Below are positions 21,703 to 34,327 of a DNA stretch of 38,038 nucleotides, piece after piece; the first letter of the stretch is position 1, and each line of letters starts with the position of its first letter. Origin of the DNA: Microbotryum violaceum (lineage: Eukaryota). The position numbers and the translations under genes were made by a program. The stretch lies in assembly GCA_001244265.2 (NCBI GenBank), contig CDLV01000007.1, positions 2,542,001-2,580,038 on the forward strand. Direction: 5' to 3'. The notes beneath the pieces are model-generated. The model was not told the origin of the DNA. It did not search any database and saw only the letters and a program-made list of their open reading frames with translations.

Positions 21703-22851
21703 GGAACTTTTTTTGGAATGCCTGAATAGGAGGTGAAGAATCTTCCTCCTTGACGATAGTTATGAGGACCAGCTGGACTTTTGTGACTTGAAACTTCAGT
21801 CTTGTGGAACGGTATCGACCTTGATCGGGCCGCGAGATGGCGAGGTCCGCTTTCGGCTGACCAACTCGACTGAGCCGGATCGGTTGGGGCCAGTGGAGGC
21901 AAAAATGTTCCAGTCATATATTCCAACTGATCCCAAAGACAGTATCTCACATCCACCCATATCGCCACTGTTTGGTTTGTCTCCTGACACTGTGTCTCAC
22001 GCTCGGACGGCCGAACGTGGGCAACAGACGCCCTTTCTCTCTCACTCGGAGGTCAGCCCCGGGGGAGTGTTCCGTTCCACCTGCCGTGCCGTTTTGGGCT
22101 CGACCACGTGGAGTCTGTTGATAATGCAGCCGGCGAATTTTCTGGTTTGTTCCCAAGACTTGGATCCCCCGCGGGTATTCGAAAGCGCCCCGTGATTGCG
22201 ACCGTGAGAACAAACGTGACGGGCCGCGACCGGCCTATCTCCCTTTTATCGGGGGAGGCTCAACGAGTTGTCTCCTTTCCGAATTGACGACCGAGCGGCG
22301 GGCCGCCTCTTCGTCGTGAGGGCGAAGGCGAAGGGAGGGAAAGATTGGGAAGAGAACAGTCTTATCGATCCCCCTCCTCGTCTTCATCCTTTTCCGATAC
22401 CCGTTCCTGTTCCCCCCCTCCCGTTTTCCCCGCTTTCGATCGAGTGGGCCGAGTCCGTGGTTTTTGTTCGCTTCCGAACCGAAGATCGACGACCTTTTTG
22501 GCTGGCAAGGAGGTGAGTGCGTGCGTGCGTGCTAGGAGGGGGTCGGTGCGCGCGTCTGGGGCAGAAGGACGGAAGAGCGGGGCCAGTCGGGGACCCAGTC
22601 GGAGGACTCTGGGGCAAAATCCCAGACTGGCCTCACGGTGTGTGCGCGGATCGACGTTATCTCGCCTGGGTGCTGCCGGTGCTACCTCGTGCGCGGCCTT
22701 GCGCGGCGGCGGCGCTTCCCTCCCTTGTGTGAGCTGAGCCCAAAATCGACCTTGACCGCTTCCTCCCTTCGAGCCCCCATCAGGCACTGGACCCGACACC
22801 CCTTTCCCATCGGTCGACTGCCGCCCCCTCTCCGCGAGAGGTGCTCACTCG

Positions 22852-23358
22852 ATGTTCTCCAGCATGGGTGGCCCATCGGGGTCGCATCGCTCCCAGCACT
22901 CTCACCAGCAGTATGCGACTCAGCCGTTCCTCAGCCAACAGCAGCAACAGCAGCAACAGCAGCAACAGCAGCAACCACCGTCGGTTTACGCACCGCCGCC
23001 GCCGCCGCCGCCGCAAGGTCCGATCAAGCTGCAGGGCTTTGAGATCCCCACTCCATCTTTGTCCAGCACGAGTAGCAGTCGGGCGAACGCGCACGGCAGC
23101 CCATTGACGACCCGGGGCGCGTTCTCGGTCGATCCTTCAATGCTGTTTGGATTTCAGCACCACAGCAATACCCGCGCGGGCGGTAATGGCCATAACGCGT
23201 CGCCTTCGGCTTCCTCTTCCTCGGCGTCGCTCAAGACCGTCTCGCCGCCACCGTTCCTCACTTCGGGCACGGCCGCCTTTTCTGATCTCGACCTCGACTT
23301 TGAGACCACGCTCGCTTCGTTGGCCCAGCATCATCAGCAGCACCAACAACAGCAGCAG

Positions 23359-23391
<33 letters not shown>

Positions 23392-25565
23392 GAGCACGCT
23401 CATGCCCACGCGCAACACCACCACCCCGGCGTCGCTCACCAGTCGTTCGGATCGGGCCTATATCGTCTCAATGCCGACCACCACACCGCATCCCCGGCAC
23501 ACCAGTCTCCTCACTTGGCGAACCACTCGCACCTCGGCCAGTACAGCGGACCGGAATCGTCCTATGGCGCGTACGACGCTCGCGCTTTCGGCAGCGGCGG
23601 GATGCCCACCTATCTCACCAGCGCCGGAGACACCCCGCCCCCGCCCCCGCACACCGTCTCGGCCTCGTCGACGACCCACCATCCGGCTCGCGTTCCCCTT
23701 TCCACCGCCGCCCCTTTGATGACCAACTCACTCAGTAACCCGAATGCTACATCTCCGCACGACTCGCGTCACAATCTACGCTCACCGGTGACTCCGACGA
23801 CCCCACTGCTCGATCTCTTTGGCAATCCCTTAACTCCAACGAACCCAGACTCACCCCACGCCGCCGCTTCCCAGCTGCAACAACAACAACAACGACAACG
23901 GCGGTCATCGCAGGTTGTGCAAGAGTTTGGGTCCTACTCTTCGTCGCATGGGGAAGGGTTCGGTCCGAGCTCTGCAGTTCCGATCAACCAAGGAATCCCA
24001 TCAAAGGCATCGTCTTCCTCATCGCTCAGCAAGCGTCGCGGATCGGCCGTCGTCATGCCCGGATCACCCGAGGCGGCCAAATCCCTCAGCAGCAGTCATG
24101 GTCGATCGAGGAGCACGGGTGTAGGGAAAGCGCCGACCTCAAGGGCGAGGTCGAGATCGGCGAGGAGGAATGGTAGTGCCGCCTATTTAACGAACGGATC
24201 GACCAACGCTTCGTCGAGTAACGTCATTAGTTCGGTTAATCCTCCTTCGTCGACGTCGGGTCCGACTGCGGCGATTCCGATTCCTACTGTTAAAGGAGGC
24301 GAGGACGGTGCATCGTCGTCTGTACCCAAGAGTAACAACCTCCACCAACTCGCCATGTCGATGCCGGTGTACCCCGGTGGCGGATTAAGCGATGGCACGA
24401 ATCGACACGACTGGTTCACCTCGCCGCAAGCGATCCGCGGAGCAGGAGGCTCGTCGTACAAGAGTGGGAATGGGGGTGCAAGTTTGGGTACGAGCGCATC
24501 GACCACGACGACGATGGATGCCGAGTCAGGGTGGAGGCCGAGTGCTGCGTCGGCGGGGGTCCCTTCTTCGGCGCCGGTTTTGGGCTCGAGCAAGAAGGGC
24601 AAGATGACGCTCGACGATGTACCTGAGGATCCGACGCAAAAGCAGTGAGTCGCAAAAAGTGGGAGAGGCTGTCTCTGGGCCACGATGTTGTTCTTTGCTC
24701 ACCATTTATCCTCACGTCCTCCTTCCCTATTCGGCGGGCGGCTCCCACAGAGCGGCGCTCTTGACCGAGAAACGACGCAAGCGGCGCGAATCGCACAATG
24801 CCGTCGAACGACGTCGTCGCGACAACATCAACGACCGCATCACCGAACTCGCTTCCTTGCTACCCGAAGTCCTGCTCGACCAAGTCAATTCAGCTTCTTC
24901 GGCCGCAGCTGCTAAAGCGGCCGCTTCGGGCGTGAGCGTTGACGATTTGGACGAACCTGTTGATGGATCGTTCGCGGCGTTGAGTTTGTTAAGCCCTGAC
25001 CCTTCGACGGGATTGGGATTGGGATTGAGTAATGGTATCTTGGGCACCAGTCCAACTTCCGCGATGTTGGGGACGAGTAGGCAGATGACGCAGGGGGCTG
25101 GGGCAGCGGCAGCGGCGACGATGGGCAAGCCGAATAAAGGCATCATATTGCAAAAGAGCGTCGAGTATATAAGGTGCGTCGGTTTAGAACGATAGGGGTT
25201 TTTGGATCCTGAAAATCGAAATCGTTGGGACTGACTATCAAAACTTGTGTATATCTAGATACCTTCAACAATTACTCGAATTGCATCTTCAACGTGGTGC
25301 CGCGCTCGAACATCGCGTTTCCGAACTCGAGGCGAGGAGGTTGGGTTTGGAAGGTTTGGACGGTACGATTGACGGTATAAGATCGAGGGAATCGAGGAGT
25401 GGTGCGACGAATTCTTCGGGTGGGATTCGATCACCTTCGTTGTCGAATGGATCAGAGGCTTTGTTTGATTTCTCGCCTACTTCGACTACGGGGCCGGGGG
25501 CGGGGACGACGACGGATGGGCAGGGGTGGATCATCCCTAAGGAGGAGGAGATGGATCAAAGTTAG
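22852..25565 (+). CDS. bHLH(-ZIP) transcription factor, MiT/TFE-USF-Rtg3-like, with polyQ tracts; 3 coding exons
   Basis: Exons 22852-24644, 24751-25173, 25259-25565; RRKRRESHNAVERRRRDNINDRITELASLLP...KPNKGIILQKSVEYIRYLQQLLE..LE..V.ELE. Confidence 0.9.
22936..23390 (+). repeat. Two CAG/CAA polyglutamine tracts (~22936-22974 and ~23335-23390) plus a CCG polyproline run
   Basis: Seen directly in exon 1 of the bHLH gene. Confidence 0.85.
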
Positions 25566-26014
25566 AGAAGGATTCACAATGGCATTGGCGATTTGGTATG
25601 GACGCTCAAATGGACGATTGGTTCACCGGGGGTGAGAAGGACACGATGTATGTATGTAGGCCGCGTGGGGGAGATCTTTCGCCTACCTATCTTCTTGGTG
25701 ATGTTTTGCTTTCCACCCTCTTTTAGTCTAGTTCATTGTTTTTGTATTTAGTGTCGTACATAATCTTGAATATTTTCCGCCAACCGCTTTGCAACGTTTT
25801 CGCAATGTTTGTATTAAAAACCGAGTATTTTTTTGTGTCGAGTATAGTTATTTCTTTGAAACGCTTTTGATCTTGATTTCATCTTCGGTCGTTTGGTTCT
25901 AATCAATATCGACGGTGTACGAGAGAGAGAGAGAGAGGTTACAAAGTTCTTCCCCAACACGGACGTATACGATAGCCCACTTTTTTTGGTCATCACTTTG
26001 TGGGGGGAAGGCCC

Positions 26015-28059
26015 TCATACGAAAGAGAATCCACCGACTTCGAGTAAGGTCGCTAATACGGCTCGTGCGGTGGCATGAACTTGATCAAAGTTGTACCCCG
26101 GGCGAGACGAGAGGTCGCATGAATTGTGATAGCAGCTGTGTGTGTGTGAGAGAGATCGACAAGGCCCGCGTCAGTCTAAAGTCACCCCGTACGAACGATC
26201 ATGGGACGAATCGAACTCACGGATCTCGAATCGCTCCGTTACGCTCAAAGACCCAAGTCGAAGCGTAACCTACCGCTTCGAAACTCTGATGATCCGAACA
26301 ACAAGCGGTCGTATAACCTACTTGTAGTTCGGGTACGTAAATTTCTGAAACGTTACCTATCAAGTAAGTCGCTTCGGGAAGTCCGATCTTGTCCGGTCGG
26401 GCCATTTGGATAGGTTCACCCGGAACGGTATAGGCGATCATATCGACTTGAACCATTAGGACTACATCCTCTTGACGTTTTCTAAGCTCCCTCGCGTACC
26501 AGTTGGAACCTAGTAGACCTTGTTCTTCGCCCGAGAAAGCGGCGATCACGATCTTGCGCGAAAAGACGAGGTTGTGCTCCGAGATGTGGCGCGCGAGAGC
26601 TAGTAGGAGGGCCGTGCCGGAGCCGTCGTCGTCGGCGCCGGGAGCGGTGGGGTAACCGAAGGACTGTCGGAAAAGTTATGTATAGATAAAAAAAATCAAG
26701 AGCTATGCACACGGGGATGTTGGACTCACTCCTCGCGAGTCAAAGTGCTGTCATGTCGGCAAGGGATATCCGACGTGTCAGCAGTCTCTTCGCATACCCG
26801 AGTCCGACGATTACCGAGCACTGACCCCACCAATCACCACCGTCTCGTTCGCAAAGGCGCCAGGCACATTACCAATACCAGGAAGGGAGCATTCGATCAT
26901 GGGCGCAAACTCATTCTTGTAGTGATGCTGCATGCAAATGAAGCCGTACGTTCTGAAGCGCTCTGTGAGGGGTTGTACACGCAAAGGTCGTCAGCGGCGG
27001 ACCTTTTTTTATGGCGGTCGCGGGGGCTGTTGTAATCGCGATAGAGCGATATACTCACGCAGAAGCCAATCGCTCGCTCGTTCGGCACCTTCACTCATAC
27101 TGTGTCGACTGATCCATCGTTCGGACGAGGTCTTAGCGGAGGATTGATCCTCGGCGGAGAGGTAACGCACGTCGGCAATGATGGCTTTCTTGGACAACGT
27201 TTTCACCAACTTCGAAAGCTGTGCGCAAAGAAAAGCGGGCAGTGGGGGGGAAGAGAGGGTTAGCACCCGGCGACGAAAGGCTCTTCAGGAGTATTCCCGG
27301 ATAGCTCGGATGTTTTTTTTCACTCGCCAGAGGATTAAACTTGAGCCCTTGCAAGATGTTAACAACGCGCTGACGGTCCTTCTTGCTGACCAACTCCCCA
27401 CCTTGTACCGGCCCTTCCAGGCCAACCTCGGAAGCGAGCATGGCCCTCGAGGGTGGTGGAAGCGGTTCGGAGGAGATGAAGACGAGCTCTTGCAGTGCGT
27501 GAATGGGGTCCTCGGTCCATTCGCGAAGGAGGGTATCAGTTTCGAGCTGGACGAGACGACCTTGCGCCGGTGGGAGAGGGGCGACAAGACGCACGCCACC
27601 AGACTCGTCGGAGAGAGGTATTTGCGCTCGAGCCTGTTGGTACGTCGCGAGTTGACGCGCAAAGATGACCTCTTGAATCTGGGCTTGGCGTTGCTGAAGC
27701 AGGTCGGCCTCAAGCGAGGATGATGTAACCCACAACAGGCTGCCGTGCGACCAATCGAACGCGATAAACGGCGACGAGGCGGACGCAGAGGACAGGGAGG
27801 AGGAGGAGCGGTGAGACTGGAGACATTCCGAGGTGAGGTAATAGACATCGGTCGATTCGGGTCGGGTACCGAGTCGGGCGTGGAAAGACGCGCACTCGGG
27901 CGGTGGTGCGACCGAGGTAGTCGTCACAAGTGGGGCACCGCGCGGCAAAGACGGGTTCAAGTTGTGCAGATAGAGTGCACCACCACCTGGAGATCGAGGA
28001 GCAGCGAGCACTCGACTCGACGTCAGTCCGAGCACGGCTGTTGCTAGAACCAGCTTCAT
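26015..28059 (-). CDS. Secreted/vacuolar M28 zinc aminopeptidase with signal peptide and long pro-region
   Basis: MKLVLATAVLGLTSSRVLA signal; WISRHSMSEGA..A..W; HFDSRG on an 18-nt exon (26730-26747); APGADDDGSG; FSGEEQGLLGS; QVDMIAY; CCSDHQSF; YHNSCD; stop at 26015. Confidence 0.92.
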
Positions 28060-28421
28060 GACGGCTAGGAATGTGGGGGGAGGAAGGGAAGAGGAGAGGA
28101 ACGCGCACCCGAGCAACAAGTCCACGCGGTCGACACCAGCGCCGATGACTAATTTCAGCCGCTCAGGCTCATTCAACAGCTCTTGCCAGCAACAGTAAAG
28201 CTAAGACAGGTGAGCCTGGTTTGAAGGAGATTCCATTTCAGCAGCAGCGCCGGCCGACTAGAGAGAGTAGTAGCTATCGATCCGCGGCACAAGGACACAC
28301 ACACAAGGAACAGGGGAATCCAAGGGTGAGGTATTCACATCAAAGAGAGGACACGACTAGGAAGGAGAGGCAGGAAAAAGATATCGGCGCATCATTTTTG
28401 GGGGAGGCGAGTCGAAAGGAT

Positions 28422-31400
28422 TCAACGACCGATCGTGCCGCCGTTGGTGTCTACACCGCCGTTGGTGTCTACACCGCCGTTGGTGTCTACACCGCCGTTG
28501 GTGTCTACACCGCCGTTGGTGTCTACACCGCCGTTGGTGTCTACAAAGAGTCAGAGTAGATTCGAAATGATGAGTGTCAATCTCGAGCAAAATAAACGAA
28601 ATCTGCTTCAACTCACGGTGGCTAAGAGCCTCATCAGCACGTTGCAAGTCCTCCTCGTTCAACACCTTCTGCTTGCCCGCGGACTTGACCCCACCGGGCG
28701 TCGTCTGACCACTCGCCAACCCGGACGAGGATGATCCGCCTCTCTTCTTCATCACCAAAGGGAACGGGTACGCGTCCTCCTCCTCATCGTTCTTGTTGTT
28801 GCGTGACATCATCGACTCCCACGTCTGCGCGCCCATATAATCCGACGTGCCGAGCGATTGCATCTCCTCCGTCAACGTGCCGAGATCTCCTGGCGTCATC
28901 ATACCCGAGAGGAAACGGGGCGAGCCTGGCGCCGACATCGGTCGAGGAACGCGGACTTGTCCCGATTCAAAGTCAAAGTCGTCATCCGTAAACGAATCGG
29001 GGTACGCGCGACGCAATGCGAGTTGACGCGCCTTGGCGTACTCGAGTCCGAGCTTCTTCCAGTCCAACAAGTCGCTGAGACGTTCGGTCCGATTTCTCTG
29101 ATTGATACGTTGGCGACGCGTCTTGGTGCAGAACGAGACCATCTGGTCCGCGAGCTGGTTGACCGAGTCCTCGACCGACTTTTGACGACGATCGACGATG
29201 TAGATGCCGTAGTCGTCCGAGTTCTCGATCAGCTCGTCCATGTAGCAGCCGAAACCAGACAAGTTGGTCGTGATCGACGGTACACCCATAACTGTGCATT
29301 CGGCGGGAGTGTAACCCCACGGCTCGTAGTACGAAGGGAACACACCGAGATGGCAACCCCGCACGAACTCTTCATAGTCGAGGCCGAGGATCGGGTTATT
29401 GGCGTTGAGGAACTCGGGGTGGAAGATGATCTTGACGCGATCGGTCCCTCGGTTGAACAACTGCACGCGACGGATCTGATTCAAGATCGGGTCGGCGGCG
29501 TCGTCGGCCATGTTGTGCGTTGTCACGGGCGGGAGCGAGTTGCGGCGAAGGGCAAAGACTCGGCGTTTGAGCAAGATACGGTCCTCGTCCGAGAGCAACG
29601 ACGCCGCGTCGGGGACTTCGGTTCCGGATTCACTGTGGGCACACACCATTTGTCCTGTGAGCAGCATGAACTCTGGGAGTACCTTAGGATACGAGCAAGA
29701 ACGCACCCAGTGTAGCGCGCGGTCCTCTCGAACAAACGAGCACCGATGCGATTCTGGATCTCGGTCACCGTATCACGGAGTTGTTTCGTCACAGCCTGAC
29801 CCTTGAGCGCCTCGATCGTGTACGAGTGCGTCGCGGCGGGCATGATTATGAAGGCGACGACGGTCATCTTGGTGCCCATCTGCTGCAAGCGGTAGTTGAG
29901 CCGCGCGAGCGATTCGATGAACATGTCCACACCCTTGTTGCGGTACTCGTAGCGACCGGCGGTGAAGAAGTACAAGGTGTTGTCGAGGTCAAAGTCGTAG
30001 TGGCCATAAAAGTGACCTCGGACAAAGTCGTTGATCTTTTGCTTGGACAGCGCGTGCAGGTTTTGGAACTCGTGCATGGCCGAGAATTTGGTCACGTTGA
30101 GACCGTTGGGCAGGACACCGTCTGCGAAGTGGAAGCGATCGGAGGATAGGATCAGTTTTCTGGCCCCCGGCATGATCGCCTGGAAAGCCGGTTCAGACCG
30201 ACCAGGCTTGCGCTTGAGCAAATGTTCACTCTCGTACGCGGTGATGTGCGACACGGTCGTAAACACATCGGCGCAATGGGCCGAACTACGCTCAATGCAG
30301 TAGCGGTGGTAAATGCCTCGCTTGCCGGCCTCGTGGTCGACGTCAAAGTAGGCGAGGTTGTTGTAAAAGTCGACCGAGCCAGCACAAAGGTATCGACCGA
30401 GCAAAGTGGCGTGGGTCGTGAAGATGGTCGTGACGTCGATGTGACGCTTGCGGCACAAGGGGATCGCGAGACCGACCTGCCATTCGTGGAAGTGCGCAAT
30501 GATGGCTCGCGATCGTTCGCGGGAGGAGAACTGCGCGTGGACCGAATTCGCACTATTAGGTAACAGCTTCGAGATGTACGACCATGGACAACTCACCTCT
30601 CCCAGGAACCAAGCGACCAAGTAACCGAGCAAGATGGTCTCGTTCGTCTCCGTGTCGTTCGGCGGCGAAGGGATGCCGGCGAGGTTCCACAGATCGGTCT
30701 TCCACTCATCCAAGCGATTCCAGACCGATCCCGTGTCGAACAAGAGCACTTTGGGTCCACCTTCGATCAACCAACGACCGTAGAGGAACTTGACGCCTCG
30801 GTCGCGCATCGAGGCGAGCGTGTCACGCAGCGCCTTGTCCGTATTGGAGAGGGCTGGGGTGGGTCGGGACATACTGTCAGTCTTGATTTCTTCAGAAAGG
30901 CTCGGAAGTGATCTGGACTCAATCTCACCCTCCTTGGGGGGAGCCTCCCAATCGATCGCGTCAACCTCCATCGGGGCAGACTTGTAGGACAAGGGGCCGA
31001 TCAAGAGGTAGCGGTCGCCATACTCTTGGCAGGTGACGGGCGCCTTGGTCTTGATGACGGTGTAGATACCTCCGACTGTTGCATTCCGGGAGCCGACGGT
31101 GCGATGTTGTGGTGCGGAGCGGAGAGAGCCGAGCCGAGCGGCGATAGGAGCGTAGAGGGAGCAACGCGGGTGGTGTGGGGTTTCGGGGTTTCGTCATGGA
31201 GCCAGTGGGGCAGTAGCCGGAGAAAGTCAGCTGATCGATCAAAAGAAAAAGGAGCGCTCCTAGGGTAATCTCCGAAAAAGCAAAATCGAAATATCCGGGG
31301 CGGTAATGGAATGGGGGTACCCTCGGATGCTTCCCTTTGCTCGTAGGACAGTGACCGAGAGCGCTTGGTGCTGTTGCCGAGGAGGAAAAAGATCACGAGG

Positions 31401-31783
31401 TCATCGGCGGCCGTGAGCAGCCGATGCGGTCACCACCAAACAGAGACCGGTCGAGACGGGAGACTTCCGCTCCGACACCACCACACTGCTTCAGTCTTCG
31501 TAAGCATAAAGAGCTTACCTTTGCTGAAAGAGGAGAAGCAAAAGATGGGGGGACATGGGTCAATACATCGTCCTACTGGAACGACTCGAAGCCACAGTCG
31601 TCTAGATCGGGAAAGGCGGCGGCAGCGGAAAACGATCCTGACATCATCACTCCGCGCCACCACCCTCCTCCTCCTCCTTCCGCGGTATCACTCAAAGGAA
31701 AGAACTCACTTGGCCACTTCCCATGCGCATTCAACGAGCAAGGCATCGTGCACCGAGCGTTGAGGCGATCCGGCGGAGCTCAT
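28422..31783 (-). CDS. GSY2: Glycogen synthase (GT3 family), multi-exon with a 5-nt microexon
   Basis: [81 protein letters not shown]-terminal RPMSAPGSP phosphosite motif. Paralogue number (GSY1 vs GSY2) cannot be assigned. Confidence 0.96.
28438..28545. repeat. Perfect 18-bp minisatellite x6 (CCGCCGTTGGTGTCTACA) spanning the last intron/exon junction of glycogen synthase
   Basis: Six exact units seen; the minus-strand unit is TGTAG|ACACCAACGGCGG. Confidence 0.95.
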
Positions 31784-32698
31784 CGTGGGTTCGAGCTGTG
31801 GCGCTCGGGCGAGGTCAAGCAAGACGTCACAGGCGAATCGAGACGGGGAGGAGGCGCTCGAGTGGAAGGCGTGGAGGCAGGTAGCGTCGCTCAAGGGAGG
31901 TAAAGTAGACGGGTCCAAAAGGTGCGAGAAATTCGAGAGCAAGAGGGTTTCGCAGAGAGGTTGGAGCCGAACGCTTGCGGGAAAGCTGGGGAAAGAGGAG
32001 AGACAATAATGGCGGCGCCGGGCTGGTCGAGATTCCGGGGCCGAGGGAGAGAGCGTGAGCGGGCCGCGCGCGCCACTTTTCCTCTTGGGCCGGGGCTCGG
32101 ATCCAAGTGGGGGAGCACAACCGCTAGCAATTCACAAAAAAAGGTCGGATTTCATTCAGAATCGGGCTGATCTGCGGGAGACGGTGAAGGCGGACTATAG
32201 GACCGTACCCGAAAAAGAACCCTCTCTGAGAAACAAGCTCAACAGGAACCATGAACAGTCGTGACCGGCCATCCCGCATTTTTCCCCTCAGCCCCTGCGC
32301 CGATCAGCGGGGTCGAGCTGGGCGGGCAAGCGTGGGCACTGGGAATCCTCTCATCGATCAAGCTCTCGCGCGGCGCCATCCTCCTCCGATCACGATTCGG
32401 TTTCGGCGACGAAAGTGGGGCCCCCCCTAGTCCAGCGGATGGGACGCATGCGGAGTGAGTAACGACGAAGAACGCGCAGTAATTGATGTCGCCCTAATTA
32501 CCGTCCGACTTTTGCCCCCTTTTTTTCTTTCGCCGCCTCTAAGGCGCGACCGAACGGCCGACAGCACGCCACGGGGGTTTCATCGATCTATTATCGCCGA
32601 TCCGCGACCGAGCAACTTAGGCAGGATCTCTCTTGAATGCTTCAACGAACTTGGGAGGTCTGTACAACATATACTAGTGAATACAATCTACTACATCC

Positions 32699-34182
32699 TC
32701 AATCAATGATGATCACATCGTCATCCCCCCCATCCTCATATTCATTCCCATTCTCTCGCTCACCACCCCCACCCCCACTTGCACTTTTTCTCGCCACCGC
32801 CGCCTTGGCAGCTTCAACGGCCTTTCGTTCCGCTTCTTCCCATGCCGCTTCGTCGATGAAGAGCGAGTCGTCGCCTTCGATTGTGGTGGCCTCTGTGGAA
32901 GAATCAGCATCGTTTTCTTCGAGGGGCTGAGGGGCGTTGGGTTCGAGGATGTCAAGGTCGGGGTCTGGGGGTACCTCGAGGCTTGGAGGCGAAAAGTGTG
33001 CAAGAAGGCGTAATCGAGCCCCAAAGCGTAGATCGGAACAAACAAAAAATCAGTATCTACATCCTCCGCCCCCAAATTTCGTCTCACGTGAATTTCGCAC
33101 ATACCCAAGTCGACGGTGCAAAGTTCTCTCCAATTGCTTCTCGGCGAATTGTTCGAGTTCGGGAACTTGACTTCCTTTGATCGTTACCGTGTCGGGAGTG
33201 AGAAGTAGGAATTTGGACGTGTAGGAGATGTTGTGGAGAAGTAACTATCGTACGTGAGAGGTCAATCGATGATTAGTTAGGTACCCAGTACAGCGCACTC
33301 AAATCAGTTCCCCCCAAAATCTAACCTTGCACCCCAATTTGACCTCGCCCAATCCCAAGCCTCTCACCAGCTTCTTCTCAAAAGCTTCCACGGCAGTATA
33401 CCCATCACTCAAACCCAACTTGACTAAACCCCTAGGCCAGGTCCTCGCGACCGTCTCCTCCTGATCGGTAGGGACTTCGTCTTCGTCCTCGTTCGTAGCA
33501 CCTATGCGAAAAGGTTTTTCGATAACTTCCTCGCCGATTTCACGACGCGATCTTTGGTCCTTGAGCGTTTCGAGTAGGCCTAAAGCAGGGTAAGCTACTT
33601 CATCGATGGAGATGATTTGTACGAGCTTCTTTTGGGGGAACAGAGGATGTTTGGGGTGGGTGGAGGAGGGAGGAGGGACGGAAAGGGTCGAGGTGGCGAT
33701 GGAGGGAGAGAGAGTTGAAGTGGCTAGGTCACTCGCGAGTAGTTGTTCTTCAACTTTTTTGATCAAGGTAGCTGGTTGGGAACAGTTGGGAAAGTGTTCC
33801 TGGCGTGGATGGGATCGGTTACGAGGGGGTCAAGTTAGCACGCATCACGTACGACGTGTTCGTGGGCATTAAATGAAAAGAAGGCGTGGCCCACCGGCAC
33901 TTTGAAACGTACGAAAAGGTACTCGACGCAAGCATCCAGCCACTCGGGGTCGAACTGAAAGTGGGGTGAGTAGGATGAGGCGAACCAAGGTCGGAGCGAG
34001 GGAGGGATCTGAGCAGAGGCCACGGTGACGCTGTCAAGTGAGGGGAGGCGAGTGGGGGTGTCTTCTACAGTCAAGATGGAATGGAGAGTGGAGATCTTTT
34101 GAGACGGGTGCCGTGTCGCGAAGGATGACGCGTTGCTGCGGTTGAACGATCGAGTGTGCGTGCGGAACAAGACCGGGTCCAT
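32699..34182 (-). CDS. RMI1: RecQ-mediated genome instability protein Rmi1 (DUF1767 + OB fold); start uncertain
   Basis: DPEWLDACVEYL, VEEQLLASDL, LVQIISIDEV, WPRGLVKLGLSDG...AFE, LGEVKLGCK-LLLHN, LLLTPDTVTIKG; acidic tail ending DDDVIIID*. Confidence 0.85.
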
Positions 34183-34327
34183 GTCGCACCAAATCAGTTC
34201 AGTCGCCGAGCAAATTCCGCAAATTTGCACACAAGAGGCTCAGTCATCGAATCACTACGCTCAACAAGCTTGTATTCACAATACACTATCAAAACACATC
34301 ATCGTCTACTACGTGTTCAACGCCCAC

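Noticed and set aside
24790-24830. SREBP identity for the bHLH protein
   Set aside because: The basic region reads ERRRR, lacking the SREBP-diagnostic Tyr, and no transmembrane segment follows.
28438-28545. CRISPR-like array
   Set aside because: Head-to-tail identical units with no spacers, in a eukaryotic gene; it is a minisatellite.
28858-30563. Long plus-strand ORFs opposite glycogen synthase
   Set aside because: Shadow ORFs produced by GC-rich codon usage on the coding strand.
13971-31783. Co-regulated cluster of two peptidases, a TFE-like bHLH and glycogen synthase
   Set aside because: The few CACGTG sites I noticed (e.g. 22106) are about what chance predicts, and nothing beyond adjacency links these housekeeping genes.
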